From positions 88,040 to 128,039 of the forward strand of contig NZ_FMWR01000017.1 in assembly GCF_900103085.1 (NCBI RefSeq): a stretch of 40,000 bases of DNA, in the 5' to 3' direction. A program made the translations under genes and the position numbers. Below, piece after piece: positions 31,713 to 40,000 of the stretch; within the stretch, counting starts at the first letter, position 1; each line of letters begins with the position of its first letter. The stretch comes from Gilliamella mensalis (GTDB lineage: Bacteria; Pseudomonadota; Gammaproteobacteria; Enterobacterales; Orbaceae). The notes under the pieces were generated by a model, which was not told the DNA's origin, did not search any database, and saw only the letters and a list, made by a program, of their open reading frames with translations.

Positions 31713-32666
31713 TCAATTTGTTGATGTTTTATGTAAAGCTTCACTAATTTGATCCATCAAACGACTATAAGTTTGAATACCGCCTGCGATATACATTGAA
31801 GTTGAATCTAAATAGATAACATGTTGATTTTGCCATGCCGCTGTTTTTTCAATTAAGTCATTGCTTAGTACTTGCTGTGCAGATTGTGCTTCTTTATTAC
31901 CTATTGCACTATCTCTATCTAATACAAACAACCACTGTGGGTTAACACTTAAGATAAATTCAGAGGTCACCGGATTACCATGACGTCCAGCTTCTTGAAA
32001 TGTGGTTGCAGGTTTAAAACCAAGTATATCAAACACAAAACCAAAACGAGATTTTGGACCATAAGCGGACATTTTACCGCCATTAACCATAATGACTAAT
32101 GCACTTCCGGCAGTGCTTGTTTTTGGTTTTAGTTGTTCAATTTTTTGATTAAAATTAGCAATAAGCTTTTTAGCTTCATCTTGCTTATTAAAAATAGTGC
32201 CTAATTGCTCTGTTCTTTGCGTTAAACTACCTAAAAAGTCTTTTGAGTCAATATCTAAAGAGACCGTTGGAGCAATGTCATTTAATTTTTTATAAGCATC
32301 ATTAGCGCGACCACCAGCAATAATAACATCAGGCTCAATTGTGCTTAATACCTCATAATTTGGTTCAAATAAGGTCCCAACATTAGTATAGGTTTTATCG
32401 CTATATTTAGATAAAAAATCAGGTAAATGTACATCAGATTGCGGAACAGCCGACACAGGAATATTCAAAGCATCAACAATATCAAGTGTTGCAATATTAA
32501 AAACAACGACTTTTTTAGGATTTTCAGGTACATCAGTTTTGCCTTGAGCATGTTCAACGGTAACCTTTTTCACAGGTGTTTGCTGTTCTTTTTTATTGTC
32601 ACATCCAACTAAAACAAGTAATACAGTAAGTAAAACTAAAAATTTTACTTTGATATATGAATACAT
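31713..32666 (-). CDS. Periplasmic iron-siderophore binding lipoprotein
   Basis: 317 aa. The signal peptide carries the lipobox LVGC, the pattern is a class III SBP, and the RBS is AGGAG. Confidence 0.85.
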   Translation of the reverse strand: MYSYIKVKFLVLLTVLLVLVGCDNKKEQQTPVKKVTVEHAQGKTDVPENPKKVVVFNIATLDIVDALNIPVSAVPQSDVHLPDFLSKYSDKTYTNVGTLFEPNYEVLSTIEPDVIIAGGRANDAYKKLNDIAPTVSLDIDSKDFLGSLTQRTEQLGTIFNKQDEAKKLIANFNQKIEQLKPKTSTAGSALVIMVNGGKMSAYGPKSRFGFVFDILGFKPATTFQEAGRHGNPVTSEFILSVNPQWLFVLDRDSAIGNKEAQSAQQVLSNDLIEKTAAWQNQHVIYLDSTSMYIAGGIQTYSRLMDQISEALHKTSTN

Positions 32667-32703
32667 TATAACTCCTAATTATCAGCCTAAATAAAAAACC
32701 AAA

Positions 32704-32730
32704 AAATGATAATTATAATAATTATCATTT
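32704..32730. promoter_or_regulatory. Fur box: perfect 27-bp palindrome
   Basis: AAATGATAATTAT-A-ATAATTATCATTT contains GATAAT/ATTATC hexamers. It overlaps a possible promoter TTGGTT-17-GATAAT on the minus strand, ~38-64 nt upstream of the binding-protein start. Confidence 0.8.
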
Positions 32731-32841
32731 ACATTATGATTGTAACCAAAAAATAGGTAGGGTTCAATGAACTTTAAATTTTTAACAACGCAATATGCTA
32801 TGAAAGATGGGGTAAATAGCTGTAAAATGAATAAATAGATT

Positions 32842-32867
32842 AAAAAGCTATCGATTCATTCGATAGC
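32842..32867 (-). terminator. Rho-independent terminator after glnG
   Basis: The minus strand reads GCTATCGA-ATGAA-TCGATAGC followed by TTTTT. Confidence 0.75.
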
Positions 32868-32884
32868 ATAATGAATATTGGCAG

Positions 32885-34339
32885 TTATAGGCCGCTATTG
32901 GGATCAAGCGATAACTCTTTAAGTTTTCGAGTCAATGTATTACGTCCCCACCCTAATAGATGGGCAGCATCTTGTTTATGACCACGAGTAAAATTCAGTG
33001 CACTTTTTAATAAGATACATTCAACTTCATTTATTACTTCAGTCAAAATGCCAATTTTACCTTCTATTAGAGCTTGTTTTGCCCATTGTTCTAATAATAT
33101 TTTCCAATCAGCCTCTTGTTGAGAAACATGATCGGCAGGTAAAGTAATATTATCATTTTTAACACATGTTTTAGCTGTTGGTAACTGTAACAACTCTGGC
33201 GGCAAATCTTGAACCAAAACCTCTTGATTAGAAGACATCACCGTAATCCAACGACAAGTGTTTTCAAGCTGGCGTACATTACCAGGCCAATTAAATCGAC
33301 ACAAAACACTTAATGCTTCGGGACTTAATACTTTACTTTCTACGCTTAATTCTTTTGCTGTTGTATGTAAAAAATGCTCAGCAAGTTTTGGAATGTCCTG
33401 GGCTCTATCACGTAAAGGAGGAAGTAATATACGAATCACATTTAAACGATGAAACAAATCATTTCTAAATTTTCCTTCTCTTACTCTTGCCTCTAAATCT
33501 TGATGTGTAGCAGCAATAATACGAACATCAACTTTGACGGGCGAATAGCCGCCAATACGATAAAACTGTCCATCAGCAAGCACTCTTAATAACCGAGTTT
33601 GCACATCAAGTGGCATATCACCAATTTCATCTAAAAATAAAGTCCCTCCATTAGCTTGTTCAAAACGCCCATGTCTAATTTGAGCCGCACCAGTAAATGC
33701 GCCTTTTTCATGTCCAAAAAGCTCAGATTCAATCAAATCTTTAGGGATTGCCGCCATATTTAATGCAATAAAAGGTGATTGAGAACGAGGGCTATGGGTA
33801 TGTAATGCCTTAGCAACCAACTCTTTACCTGTTCCTGACTCACCATTAATTAACACACTAATAGAAGATTTAGATAATCGACCAATAATACGAAACACTT
33901 CTTGCATTGAAGGCGCTTCGCCAATAATACTTGTCGATGCTTTTACTGTAGTATTATGGTTAGTTTTGTTACTTTGAGTTTGTAAAATAGCCCGTTCAAC
34001 AAGCTGAATAACTTCGTCCACATCAAAAGGCTTAGGAATATAATCATAAGCGCCTTTTTGATAGGCATTTACTGCCGCATCGAGATCGGAATGGGCAGTC
34101 ATAATGATAACAGGTAATTCAGGCAATTTTTCTTTAACATAATGAAGCAATGTTAAACCATCAATTCCTGGCATTTTAATATCTGAAATTAATACCGATG
34201 GCTTTTGAGCATAAGTAACCAAGGCATCCATCACCTCTTGACCTGTCGAAAAACTGACACAATTTAAATGAGCATTAGTTAATGCCTTTTCTAGTACCCA
34301 CCGAATAGAGCTATCATCATCAACAATCCAAATATTCAT
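32885..34339 (-). CDS. glnG: Nitrogen regulation response regulator NtrC (sigma-54 activator)
   Basis: [20 protein letters not shown] is the receiver domain. [11 protein letters not shown]...GAFTGA...[12 protein letters not shown] is the AAA+ core with GAFTGA, and a C-terminal Fis-type HTH follows. The start at 34339 has a GAGG RBS; the track ORF starts 5 codons earlier. Confidence 0.92.
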   Translation of the reverse strand: MNIWIVDDDSSIRWVLEKALTNAHLNCVSFSTGQEVMDALVTYAQKPSVLISDIKMPGIDGLTLLHYVKEKLPELPVIIMTAHSDLDAAVNAYQKGAYDYIPKPFDVDEVIQLVERAILQTQSNKTNHNTTVKASTSIIGEAPSMQEVFRIIGRLSKSSISVLINGESGTGKELVAKALHTHSPRSQSPFIALNMAAIPKDLIESELFGHEKGAFTGAAQIRHGRFEQANGGTLFLDEIGDMPLDVQTRLLRVLADGQFYRIGGYSPVKVDVRIIAATHQDLEARVREGKFRNDLFHRLNVIRILLPPLRDRAQDIPKLAEHFLHTTAKELSVESKVLSPEALSVLCRFNWPGNVRQLENTCRWITVMSSNQEVLVQDLPPELLQLPTAKTCVKNDNITLPADHVSQQEADWKILLEQWAKQALIEGKIGILTEVINEVECILLKSALNFTRGHKQDAAHLLGWGRNTLTRKLKELSLDPNSGL

Positions 34340-34350
34340 TTTAATACACC

Positions 34351-35400
34351 TCATTGCCTAATTGGCAAATAGACACAAAACGCGGTATGCCCAGGCCAAC
34401 TATTAAATTCAATTTTACCATGATGTTGATCAACAATATTATGCGCAATTGAAAGCCCAATACCTGTACCGCCTTCATAACCGCTCACCATAGGATAAAA
34501 CAAGGTATCTTGTATATGAACAGGCACACCGGGCCCGGTATCTTCAACATCAATACGAGCACACAAACGATAACGCTGTCCATGTAAAGTAACCTGAAAA
34601 GCCGTTCTTGTCCTAATGATAATTGTGCCGCGATTAGAACCGATGGCCTGTAAAGCATTACGCACAATATTCAAAATTACCTGCTCTATTTGTTCTGAGT
34701 CATGAATAAAATCAGGTAGACTTGGATCATAATCACGCAGAATTTCAATATTGACTGGTTTTTCTAAACACAACAAAGCATAAATACGCTCTATTGCTTG
34801 ATGTATACTTTGTTCTTTTTGTTGCAATCGTTGTTGTGGTCCTAATAATCTATCTACGAGATTTCGCAATCTATCTGCTTGCTCAATAATAATTTTTGTA
34901 TAATCTTGCAATTCATTGTTCGGTAATTGTCGTGATAATAACTGCGCTGCCCCTCGAAGCCCACCTAGTGGATTTTTAATTTCGTGAGCAAGTCCACGAA
35001 CCAATTCGCGAGCGGCACTCTGTTGCGCTTGTTGCAATTGTTCTTGACTAAGACGCTTGTGATTATTTAATGGTGCCATTTCAATTAAAATTTGACCATT
35101 AGTTAATTGTTGAGCCGTTAACGTTAAAATATGTAACTCATTATTAATAACTAAATTGACTTCATTATCTGTAAACCCTTGATTTTGCTTTAATGTACTG
35201 AGCATTAAATCAATATTCAAAGAGAAATAACTTGATAAATCAGGAAGATATTTATCTAATATTTTTTTAGAACTTTGTCCTAACAACTGCTGCGCGGCAG
35301 TATTGACATAAAGAATATTAAGTTTGGTATCAAGCAATAAAATACTTGTAATCATAGAATCAAGAACAAGATTAGCATCAGATTCATTATAAAATGTCAT
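34351..35400 (-). CDS. glnL: Nitrogen regulation sensor kinase NtrB
   Basis: [23 protein letters not shown] is the H box, and the sequence is colinear with E. coli NtrB through ...[20 protein letters not shown]. The track start at 35433 (GTG) lies inside the glnA terminator hairpin, so the ATG at 35400 (MTFYNE) is preferred. Confidence 0.9.
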   Translation of the reverse strand: MTFYNESDANLVLDSMITSILLLDTKLNILYVNTAAQQLLGQSSKKILDKYLPDLSSYFSLNIDLMLSTLKQNQGFTDNEVNLVINNELHILTLTAQQLTNGQILIEMAPLNNHKRLSQEQLQQAQQSAARELVRGLAHEIKNPLGGLRGAAQLLSRQLPNNELQDYTKIIIEQADRLRNLVDRLLGPQQRLQQKEQSIHQAIERIYALLCLEKPVNIEILRDYDPSLPDFIHDSEQIEQVILNIVRNALQAIGSNRGTIIIRTRTAFQVTLHGQRYRLCARIDVEDTGPGVPVHIQDTLFYPMVSGYEGGTGIGLSIAHNIVDQHHGKIEFNSWPGHTAFCVYLPIRQ

Positions 35401-35420
35401 CGTTGATTTTCCGTCCTGAT

Positions 35421-35449
35421 TAAAAACCACCACAAGTTAGCGGTGGTTT
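35421..35449 (-). terminator. Partial terminator between glnA and glnL
   Basis: The minus strand reads AAACCACC-GCTAACTTGT-GGTGGTTT-TT, an 8-bp stem. The position is the same as the enteric glnA-glnL attenuating terminator. Confidence 0.55.
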
Positions 35450-35475
35450 AATGATTTAAATTACTATAAATTAAC

Positions 35476-36885
35476 TTATAGACTATAGTACATTTCAAAC
35501 TCAACTGGATGTGGTGTCATACGTACACGATCAACATCTTGACGTTTTAAATCAATGTATGCATCAATAGTATCATTAGTAAAGACATTACCACGTGTTA
35601 AGAATTCACGATCTGCATCTAATGCATTAAGAGCTTCTTCAAGCGAACCCGCGACTTGAGGAATTAATTTAGATTCCTCTGGTGGTAAATCGTATAAGTT
35701 TTTATCCATCGCATCACCAGGGTGAATTTTATTGATAATACCATCTAAACCGGCCATTAACTGTGCAGCAAATGATAAGTATGGATTACCAGCAGGATCT
35801 GGGAAGCGAACCTCAATACGGCGTGCTTTAGGGCTAGTCACAACAGGAATACGAATTGATGCAGAACGATTACGAGCAGAATAAGCGAGCATAACTGGTG
35901 CTTCATAGCCCGGTACCAGACGTTTATAAGAGTTAGTTGCAGGATTAGTAAATGCATTAATGGCTTTAGCATGTTTAATAATACCACCAATATAGTATAG
36001 TGCCATTTCAGACAGACCCGCATATTTATCACCAGCAAATAAATTTACACCATCTTTCGCTAATGATTGGTGACAGTGCATACCGGAACCATTATCACCA
36101 AAAATTGGTTTTGGCATAAAGGTCGCTGTTTTACCATATGCATGTGCTACATTTTGTACAACATATTTGTAAATTTGTACTTCATCAGCTTTTTTAGTTA
36201 GCGTATTAAAACGACATGCAATTTCGTTTTGACCCGCTGTTGCAACTTCATGATGGTGAGCTTCAACTACTAAGCCAAGTTGCTCCATAATTAAGCACAT
36301 TTCAGAACGGATATCTTGTGATGAATCAACAGGTGGAAGTGGAAAATATCCCCCTTTAACACCAGGTCGATGCCCTTTATTACCTTCTTCGTATTTTGTA
36401 CCAGAATTCCAAGCCGCTTCAATATCATCGATATGTACGAAGCTACCTGACATCGGAGAACCAAAACGAATATCATCAAATAAGAAAAATTCTGGTTCAG
36501 GTCCAAAAATAACAGTATCAGCAATACCTGATGATTTTAAAAATTCTTCGGCACGTTTAGCAATTGAACGCGGGTCACGATCATACCCTTGCAGCGTTGC
36601 AGGTTCTAAAACATCACAACGGAGATTTAATGTTACATCTTCAAAAAATGGATCGATAACAGCACTTGATGCATCTGGCATTAACACCATATCTGATTCA
36701 TTAATACCTTTCCAACCAGCAATTGATGAACCATCAAACATCTTACCATCTTCAAAAAAATCTTCATCAATTTGACTAACGGGAATCGTAACATGTTGTT
36801 CTTTACCTTTTGTATCAGTAAAACGTAAATCAACAAACTTGACATCATTTTCTTTAATAAGTGTTAAAACTTTTTGTGTAGACAT
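35476..36885 (-). CDS. glnA: Glutamine synthetase type I
   Basis: 469 aa. [19 protein letters not shown]...FDGSSIAGW...MHCHQS...NPYL; an adenylylation-site region ([10 protein letters not shown]) is present. Confidence 0.96.
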   Translation of the reverse strand: MSTQKVLTLIKENDVKFVDLRFTDTKGKEQHVTIPVSQIDEDFFEDGKMFDGSSIAGWKGINESDMVLMPDASSAVIDPFFEDVTLNLRCDVLEPATLQGYDRDPRSIAKRAEEFLKSSGIADTVIFGPEPEFFLFDDIRFGSPMSGSFVHIDDIEAAWNSGTKYEEGNKGHRPGVKGGYFPLPPVDSSQDIRSEMCLIMEQLGLVVEAHHHEVATAGQNEIACRFNTLTKKADEVQIYKYVVQNVAHAYGKTATFMPKPIFGDNGSGMHCHQSLAKDGVNLFAGDKYAGLSEMALYYIGGIIKHAKAINAFTNPATNSYKRLVPGYEAPVMLAYSARNRSASIRIPVVTSPKARRIEVRFPDPAGNPYLSFAAQLMAGLDGIINKIHPGDAMDKNLYDLPPEESKLIPQVAGSLEEALNALDADREFLTRGNVFTNDTIDAYIDLKRQDVDRVRMTPHPVEFEMYYSL

Positions 36886-36956
36886 GTATCTTCTCCATTG
36901 AGGACAAATAATAATTGTTCAGTTTATAAGGCATTCTAACTAAGTTGTTATAGCGT

Positions 36957-36972
36957 ATGCAAATATGATGCC
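36957..36972 (-). promoter_or_regulatory. Sigma-54 promoter glnAp2 (TGGCAT-N5-TTGCA)
   Basis: The minus strand TGGCATCATATTTGCA has the GG and GC dinucleotides at canonical -24/-12 spacing and lies about 72 nt upstream of the glnA ATG. Confidence 0.8.
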
Positions 36973-37034
36973 ATTTTTCCAACTCTATTTTTCAGTGGAT
37001 TTACCAGCACCCATAGTAACAGAAATATCGCAGT

Positions 37035-37072
37035 TGCACCAAAAAAAAGCAAAAGCGCACCAAGTTTGTGTA
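37035..37072. promoter_or_regulatory. Two NtrC enhancer-like sites upstream of glnAp2
   Basis: TGCACCAAAAAAAAGCA (37035-37051) and CGCACCAAGTTTGTGTA (37056-37072), compared with the consensus TGCACCA-N3-TGGTGCA. They lie 63-115 bp upstream of the -24 element. Confidence 0.55.
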
Positions 37073-37464
37073 TTAACTTACTTCATAATATGCCGTTAGT
37101 TAAATATAAAATTCATATACCCATATTTAAAACTATAATAAATTGTCATATTACTACTACAGTAAAAAGGTAAAGATAACATTATTCAAACTATATTGGC
37201 TCTTTGTGACCTAAGATGATTAACTGCAATGTTATCTGCCCTCTGCCATGCTTAATTGCATATTCTAAAAAATAAAAATATAAACAATAAGATAACTTAA
37301 TTAAAGCACATGAAAGTATGCGATTATGCCAAACATTTTTTATGACCATTTAAAATAAAACAAGTTGCTATAAAACAATTTTTCAGTTATTGGCACTGTA
37401 TTTCGTTACACAATATCGCTATAATCTCTTCTTATATTGAAAAAAACTAGGTAATCATACAAGT

Positions 37465-37905
37465 ATGGACTTTATTACACTCGAAATTCTACCTTTTGTA
37501 AAAAATCATCTTTTACTCTCATTGGGTTGGATTGTGCTGTTTATTGCAATCATTGTACTAACCATTAAAGGTAAGCTATCTAAAGTTAAAATTATCAATA
37601 ATGCTCAAGCAATCCATATGATTAATAAGCAAGATGCAGTTATTATTGATATTCGTTCTGCAGATAGCTTTAAAAAAGGGCATATAACAGATTCTCATAA
37701 TATTTTGCCTACCGACATTAAAAATGCAAGTGCAAAAACAATTGAAAAATTTAAAGAAAGCATTGTTATTTTGATTGATGAAAATGGTTTATCATCAGCA
37801 GGTATAGGTGAAATACTTGTCAAACAAGGTTTTTTAAATGTCTTTACCTTAAAAGACGGAATTGCTGGATGGAACGGCGAAAATTTACCACTAGTTAGAA
37901 AATAA
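37465..37905 (+). CDS. yibN: Membrane-anchored rhodanese-domain protein YibN
   Basis: 146 aa with an N-terminal TM helix. AVIIDIRSADSFKKGHITDSHNILP...LKDGIAGWNGENLPLVRK is colinear with E. coli YibN. Confidence 0.85.
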   Translation: MDFITLEILPFVKNHLLLSLGWIVLFIAIIVLTIKGKLSKVKIINNAQAIHMINKQDAVIIDIRSADSFKKGHITDSHNILPTDIKNASAKTIEKFKESIVILIDENGLSSAGIGEILVKQGFLNVFTLKDGIAGWNGENLPLVRK

Positions 37906-37929
37906 TATATTGAAAAATAAGGTTTTATC

Positions 37930-38412
37930 ATGACAGAACAAAACAATACACAACAACCGGAAACACAGTTTGCTATTCAACGTATTTATACTAAAGACGT
38001 GTCGTTTGAAACTAATAATGTTCCAGAAATTTTCACTAAACAATGGAAACCGGAGTTAAATCTTGAATTAAATTCATCTTCACAAGTTTTAAGTGAAAAT
38101 GTCTACGAAGTTGCACTTCGTGTCACTGTAACTGTAAAACAACAAAACGAAGTTGTGTATATCTGTGAAGTTACTCAAGCAGGTATTTTTTCACTTGTCG
38201 GATTTGATGAAAGCCAAATTCAACACTGTGTTGGCGCTTACTGTCCAAATATTTTGTTCCCTTATGCGCGTGAAGTTATTTCAAGTTTAGTCAGTAAAGG
38301 GACATTCCCACAAGTGAATTTAGAACCTGTAAATTTTGAAGCACTATTCATGAACTATATTCAGCAACAACAAGCTGAGCTTGATTCTAGTTCTAAAGAA
38401 ATACTTCAATAA
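37930..38412 (+). CDS. secB: Protein-export chaperone SecB
   Basis: 160 aa. [14 protein letters not shown]...[37 protein letters not shown]. Confidence 0.95.
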   Translation: MTEQNNTQQPETQFAIQRIYTKDVSFETNNVPEIFTKQWKPELNLELNSSSQVLSENVYEVALRVTVTVKQQNEVVYICEVTQAGIFSLVGFDESQIQHCVGAYCPNILFPYAREVISSLVSKGTFPQVNLEPVNFEALFMNYIQQQQAELDSSSKEILQ

Positions 38413-38455
38413 TCACTGTGTTACAATTAACAAGCAATAAGTTTATTAGATTATT

Positions 38456-39469
38456 ATGAAAAAAAATGCTGCTGTAACAGTAATTGGCGCTGGATCTTAT
38501 GGAACCTCTTTAGCTATTTTACTAGCACGAAATGGTCATTCAACTTTACTATGGGGTCATAACCCTAATAAAATGGCCATTTTGCAGCAAAATCGGCAAA
38601 ATAAACAATTTTTACCAGATATTCTTTTTCCGGATCTATTACACGTTGAAAGTGATTTAAAAACGGCAGTTTCAGCTGCACCCATTTTACTTATTGTGGT
38701 TCCAAGTCATGCGTTTGCAAACATTTTGACTGAAATTAAGCCTTTTTTACGTCAAGATACAAAAATCGTCTGGGCAACAAAAGGGCTTGAAGCAGATACC
38801 GGTCGCTTACTACAAGATGTAGCAAAAGAAATTCTAGGCGATAAAATTCCACTAGCGGTTATCTCTGGTCCAACTTTTGCCAAAGAAGTCGCATCTGGAT
38901 TACCAACAGCAGTAACTGTTGCATCAACTGACCAATATTTTTTAAATCAACTGCAAACTTTATTCCATTGTAGCAAAAGCTTTCGAGTTTATAGCAGTAG
39001 AGATTTTATTGGCGTGCAACTTGGTGGCGCAATCAAAAATGTGATTGCTATTGGTGCTGGATTATCTGATGGACTTGGTTTTGGCGCCAATGCCAGAACA
39101 GCATTAATTACGCGCGGGCTTGCCGAAATGATGCGATTAGGGGCAGTATTAGGTGCAGATCCTGCAACTTTTATGGGAATGGCTGGACTGGGCGATCTGG
39201 TTTTAACCTGTACCGATAATCAATCTCGTAATCGTCGTTTTGGTATTTTACTTGGTCAAAACAGATCAATTCAAGAAGCCCAAGAAGCCATTGCTCAAGT
39301 TGTTGAGGGTTGCAAAAATACAAAAGAAGTTTGGTTACTCGCCCAAAAATATCATGTTGATATGCCAATCACTGAACAAATTTATCAAATCCTTTATGAG
39401 CATAAGGATCCGAAACAAGCAGCAATGGAATTACTCGGGCGAGCACAAAAAGCTGAACTAAAAAGCTAG
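38456..39469 (+). CDS. gpsA: NAD(P)H-dependent glycerol-3-phosphate dehydrogenase
   Basis: 337 aa. [12 protein letters not shown] is the Rossmann motif, followed by ...ATKGLE...[11 protein letters not shown]...[13 protein letters not shown]. Confidence 0.95.
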   Translation: MKKNAAVTVIGAGSYGTSLAILLARNGHSTLLWGHNPNKMAILQQNRQNKQFLPDILFPDLLHVESDLKTAVSAAPILLIVVPSHAFANILTEIKPFLRQDTKIVWATKGLEADTGRLLQDVAKEILGDKIPLAVISGPTFAKEVASGLPTAVTVASTDQYFLNQLQTLFHCSKSFRVYSSRDFIGVQLGGAIKNVIAIGAGLSDGLGFGANARTALITRGLAEMMRLGAVLGADPATFMGMAGLGDLVLTCTDNQSRNRRFGILLGQNRSIQEAQEAIAQVVEGCKNTKEVWLLAQKYHVDMPITEQIYQILYEHKDPKQAAMELLGRAQKAELKS

Positions 39470-39536
39470 TTTATACTTAATGGGCTAAATTACTAAAAGT
39501 TTTGACAAAATATTACTTAAGCTTAACGAGTAACGA

Positions 39537-40000
39537 CTATAAATACGTCCCTATTCCTTTTTCTTTGGCTTTAAGATAGATATCGTAACCAATATACACA
39601 TCTAATACTGCGGTTCCAACCGTTTTAAATAACGTAATTTGTTGATCATTTTGACGACATAGCATTGGATTTTGCACTAAATCCCCCAACTCTAGAAAGT
39701 CATTTTTCGACACTAATTTTTGTTTAATTGGATCAATAATATCACCGGCTTCAGCCAACACGCCCTCTTTGGTATCAAGCACTCGAATATTCGCGTTTTT
39801 AACAATGACTTCAGGAATTTCGTGCATGTGTGGTGTATAAGCACCTATGCCGTTAATATGGGTACCGGGTTTTACTTTATCGCCATTAAATGTTACAACT
39901 TTTGACGTTGTGACCGAAGTGATAATATCTGCTTGGCTAATCTCCTCATCCAAATTTTGTGAAAAATAAAGATTAGTCGAAAAATGGGAAAAATGGTGTT
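39537..40000 (-). CDS. Ornithine cyclodeaminase / mu-crystallin family protein (C-terminal part; the frame is open to the window edge)
   Basis: ADIITSVTTS...PGTHINGIGAYTPHMHEIP...FKTVGTAVLDV. The TTG at 39953 is an ORF-caller artefact, since upstream codons stay open to 40000. Confidence 0.75.
   Translation of the reverse strand, partial: HHFSHFSTNLYFSQNLDEEISQADIITSVTTSKVVTFNGDKVKPGTHINGIGAYTPHMHEIPEVIVKNANIRVLDTKEGVLAEAGDIIDPIKQKLVSKNDFLELGDLVQNPMLCRQNDQQITLFKTVGTAVLDVYIGYDIYLKAKEKGIGTYL

Noticed and set aside
34485-36524. Short minus-strand, alternate-frame ORFs inside glnL and glnA (34485-34667, 35838-36038, 36291-36524)
   Set aside because: They are embedded in highly conserved glnL and glnA coding sequence in another frame, and their translations are implausible (Leu/Ile/Val-rich).
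37391-37406. TGGCAC-TGTAT-TTCGT on the plus strand upstream of yibN as a second sigma-54 promoter
   Set aside because: The -12 element has CG where the invariant GC should be at the canonical spacing. A sigma-70-like TATAAT (37420-37425) is a simpler explanation for yibN expression. The genuine glnA sigma-54 promoter is on the other strand at 36957-36972.
39171-39461. ORFs 39171-39368 (minus) and 39240-39461 (plus) overlapping gpsA
   Set aside because: Both lie inside the conserved gpsA reading frame region, so they are alternative-frame or antisense artefacts.

Overview
Low-GC gammaproteobacterial chromosome segment; I cannot assign a species from sequence alone. The left half (1 to ~22.9 kb) is an accessory hotspot anchored on ssrA (tmRNA, 1135-1499). 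(i) Upstream of ssrA lie a non-coding ~190-bp tandem repeat region and an IS481-like relic. (ii) A 16.6-kb defective lambdoid prophage (1502-18063) is bounded by a perfect 33-bp direct repeat of the ssrA 3' end. It carries int/xis, a cI/cro/cII-like switch with three operator-like palindromes, O/P-like replication genes with in-gene iterons, a Dam-type methylase, KilA-N, a DUF968-like gene, and a QuuD-type Q antiterminator cut by a decayed IS3-family element. It has no lysis or virion genes. Probable cargo is a 903-aa PD-(D/E)xK / P-loop / S1-domain protein and a SieB-like membrane protein. (iii) A second, decayed island (18097 to ~22466) holds a P4-type integrase pseudogene, a TM2-domain gene, an IS481-like fragment, and a two-gene ABC-type ATPase plus small TOPRIM/RloB-like module. 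tRNA-Asn follows. The right half (22.9-40 kb) is ordinary core genome: a LOG-family gene, fruBKA plus cra with a Cra operator, a Fur-boxed iron-siderophore ABC transporter, glnA-glnL-glnG with a sigma-54 promoter and NtrC sites, yibN-secB-gpsA, and a partial ornithine-cyclodeaminase-family gene. The best candidates for something new are the 903-aa nuclease-NTPase-S1 gene (6539-9250), the ATPase/TOPRIM-like pair (20384-22122), and three hairpins with an identical 8-nt loop and different stems that sit ahead of prophage transcription units. No CRISPR array or rRNA was seen. All family assignments come from motif reading by eye and need profile searches to confirm.
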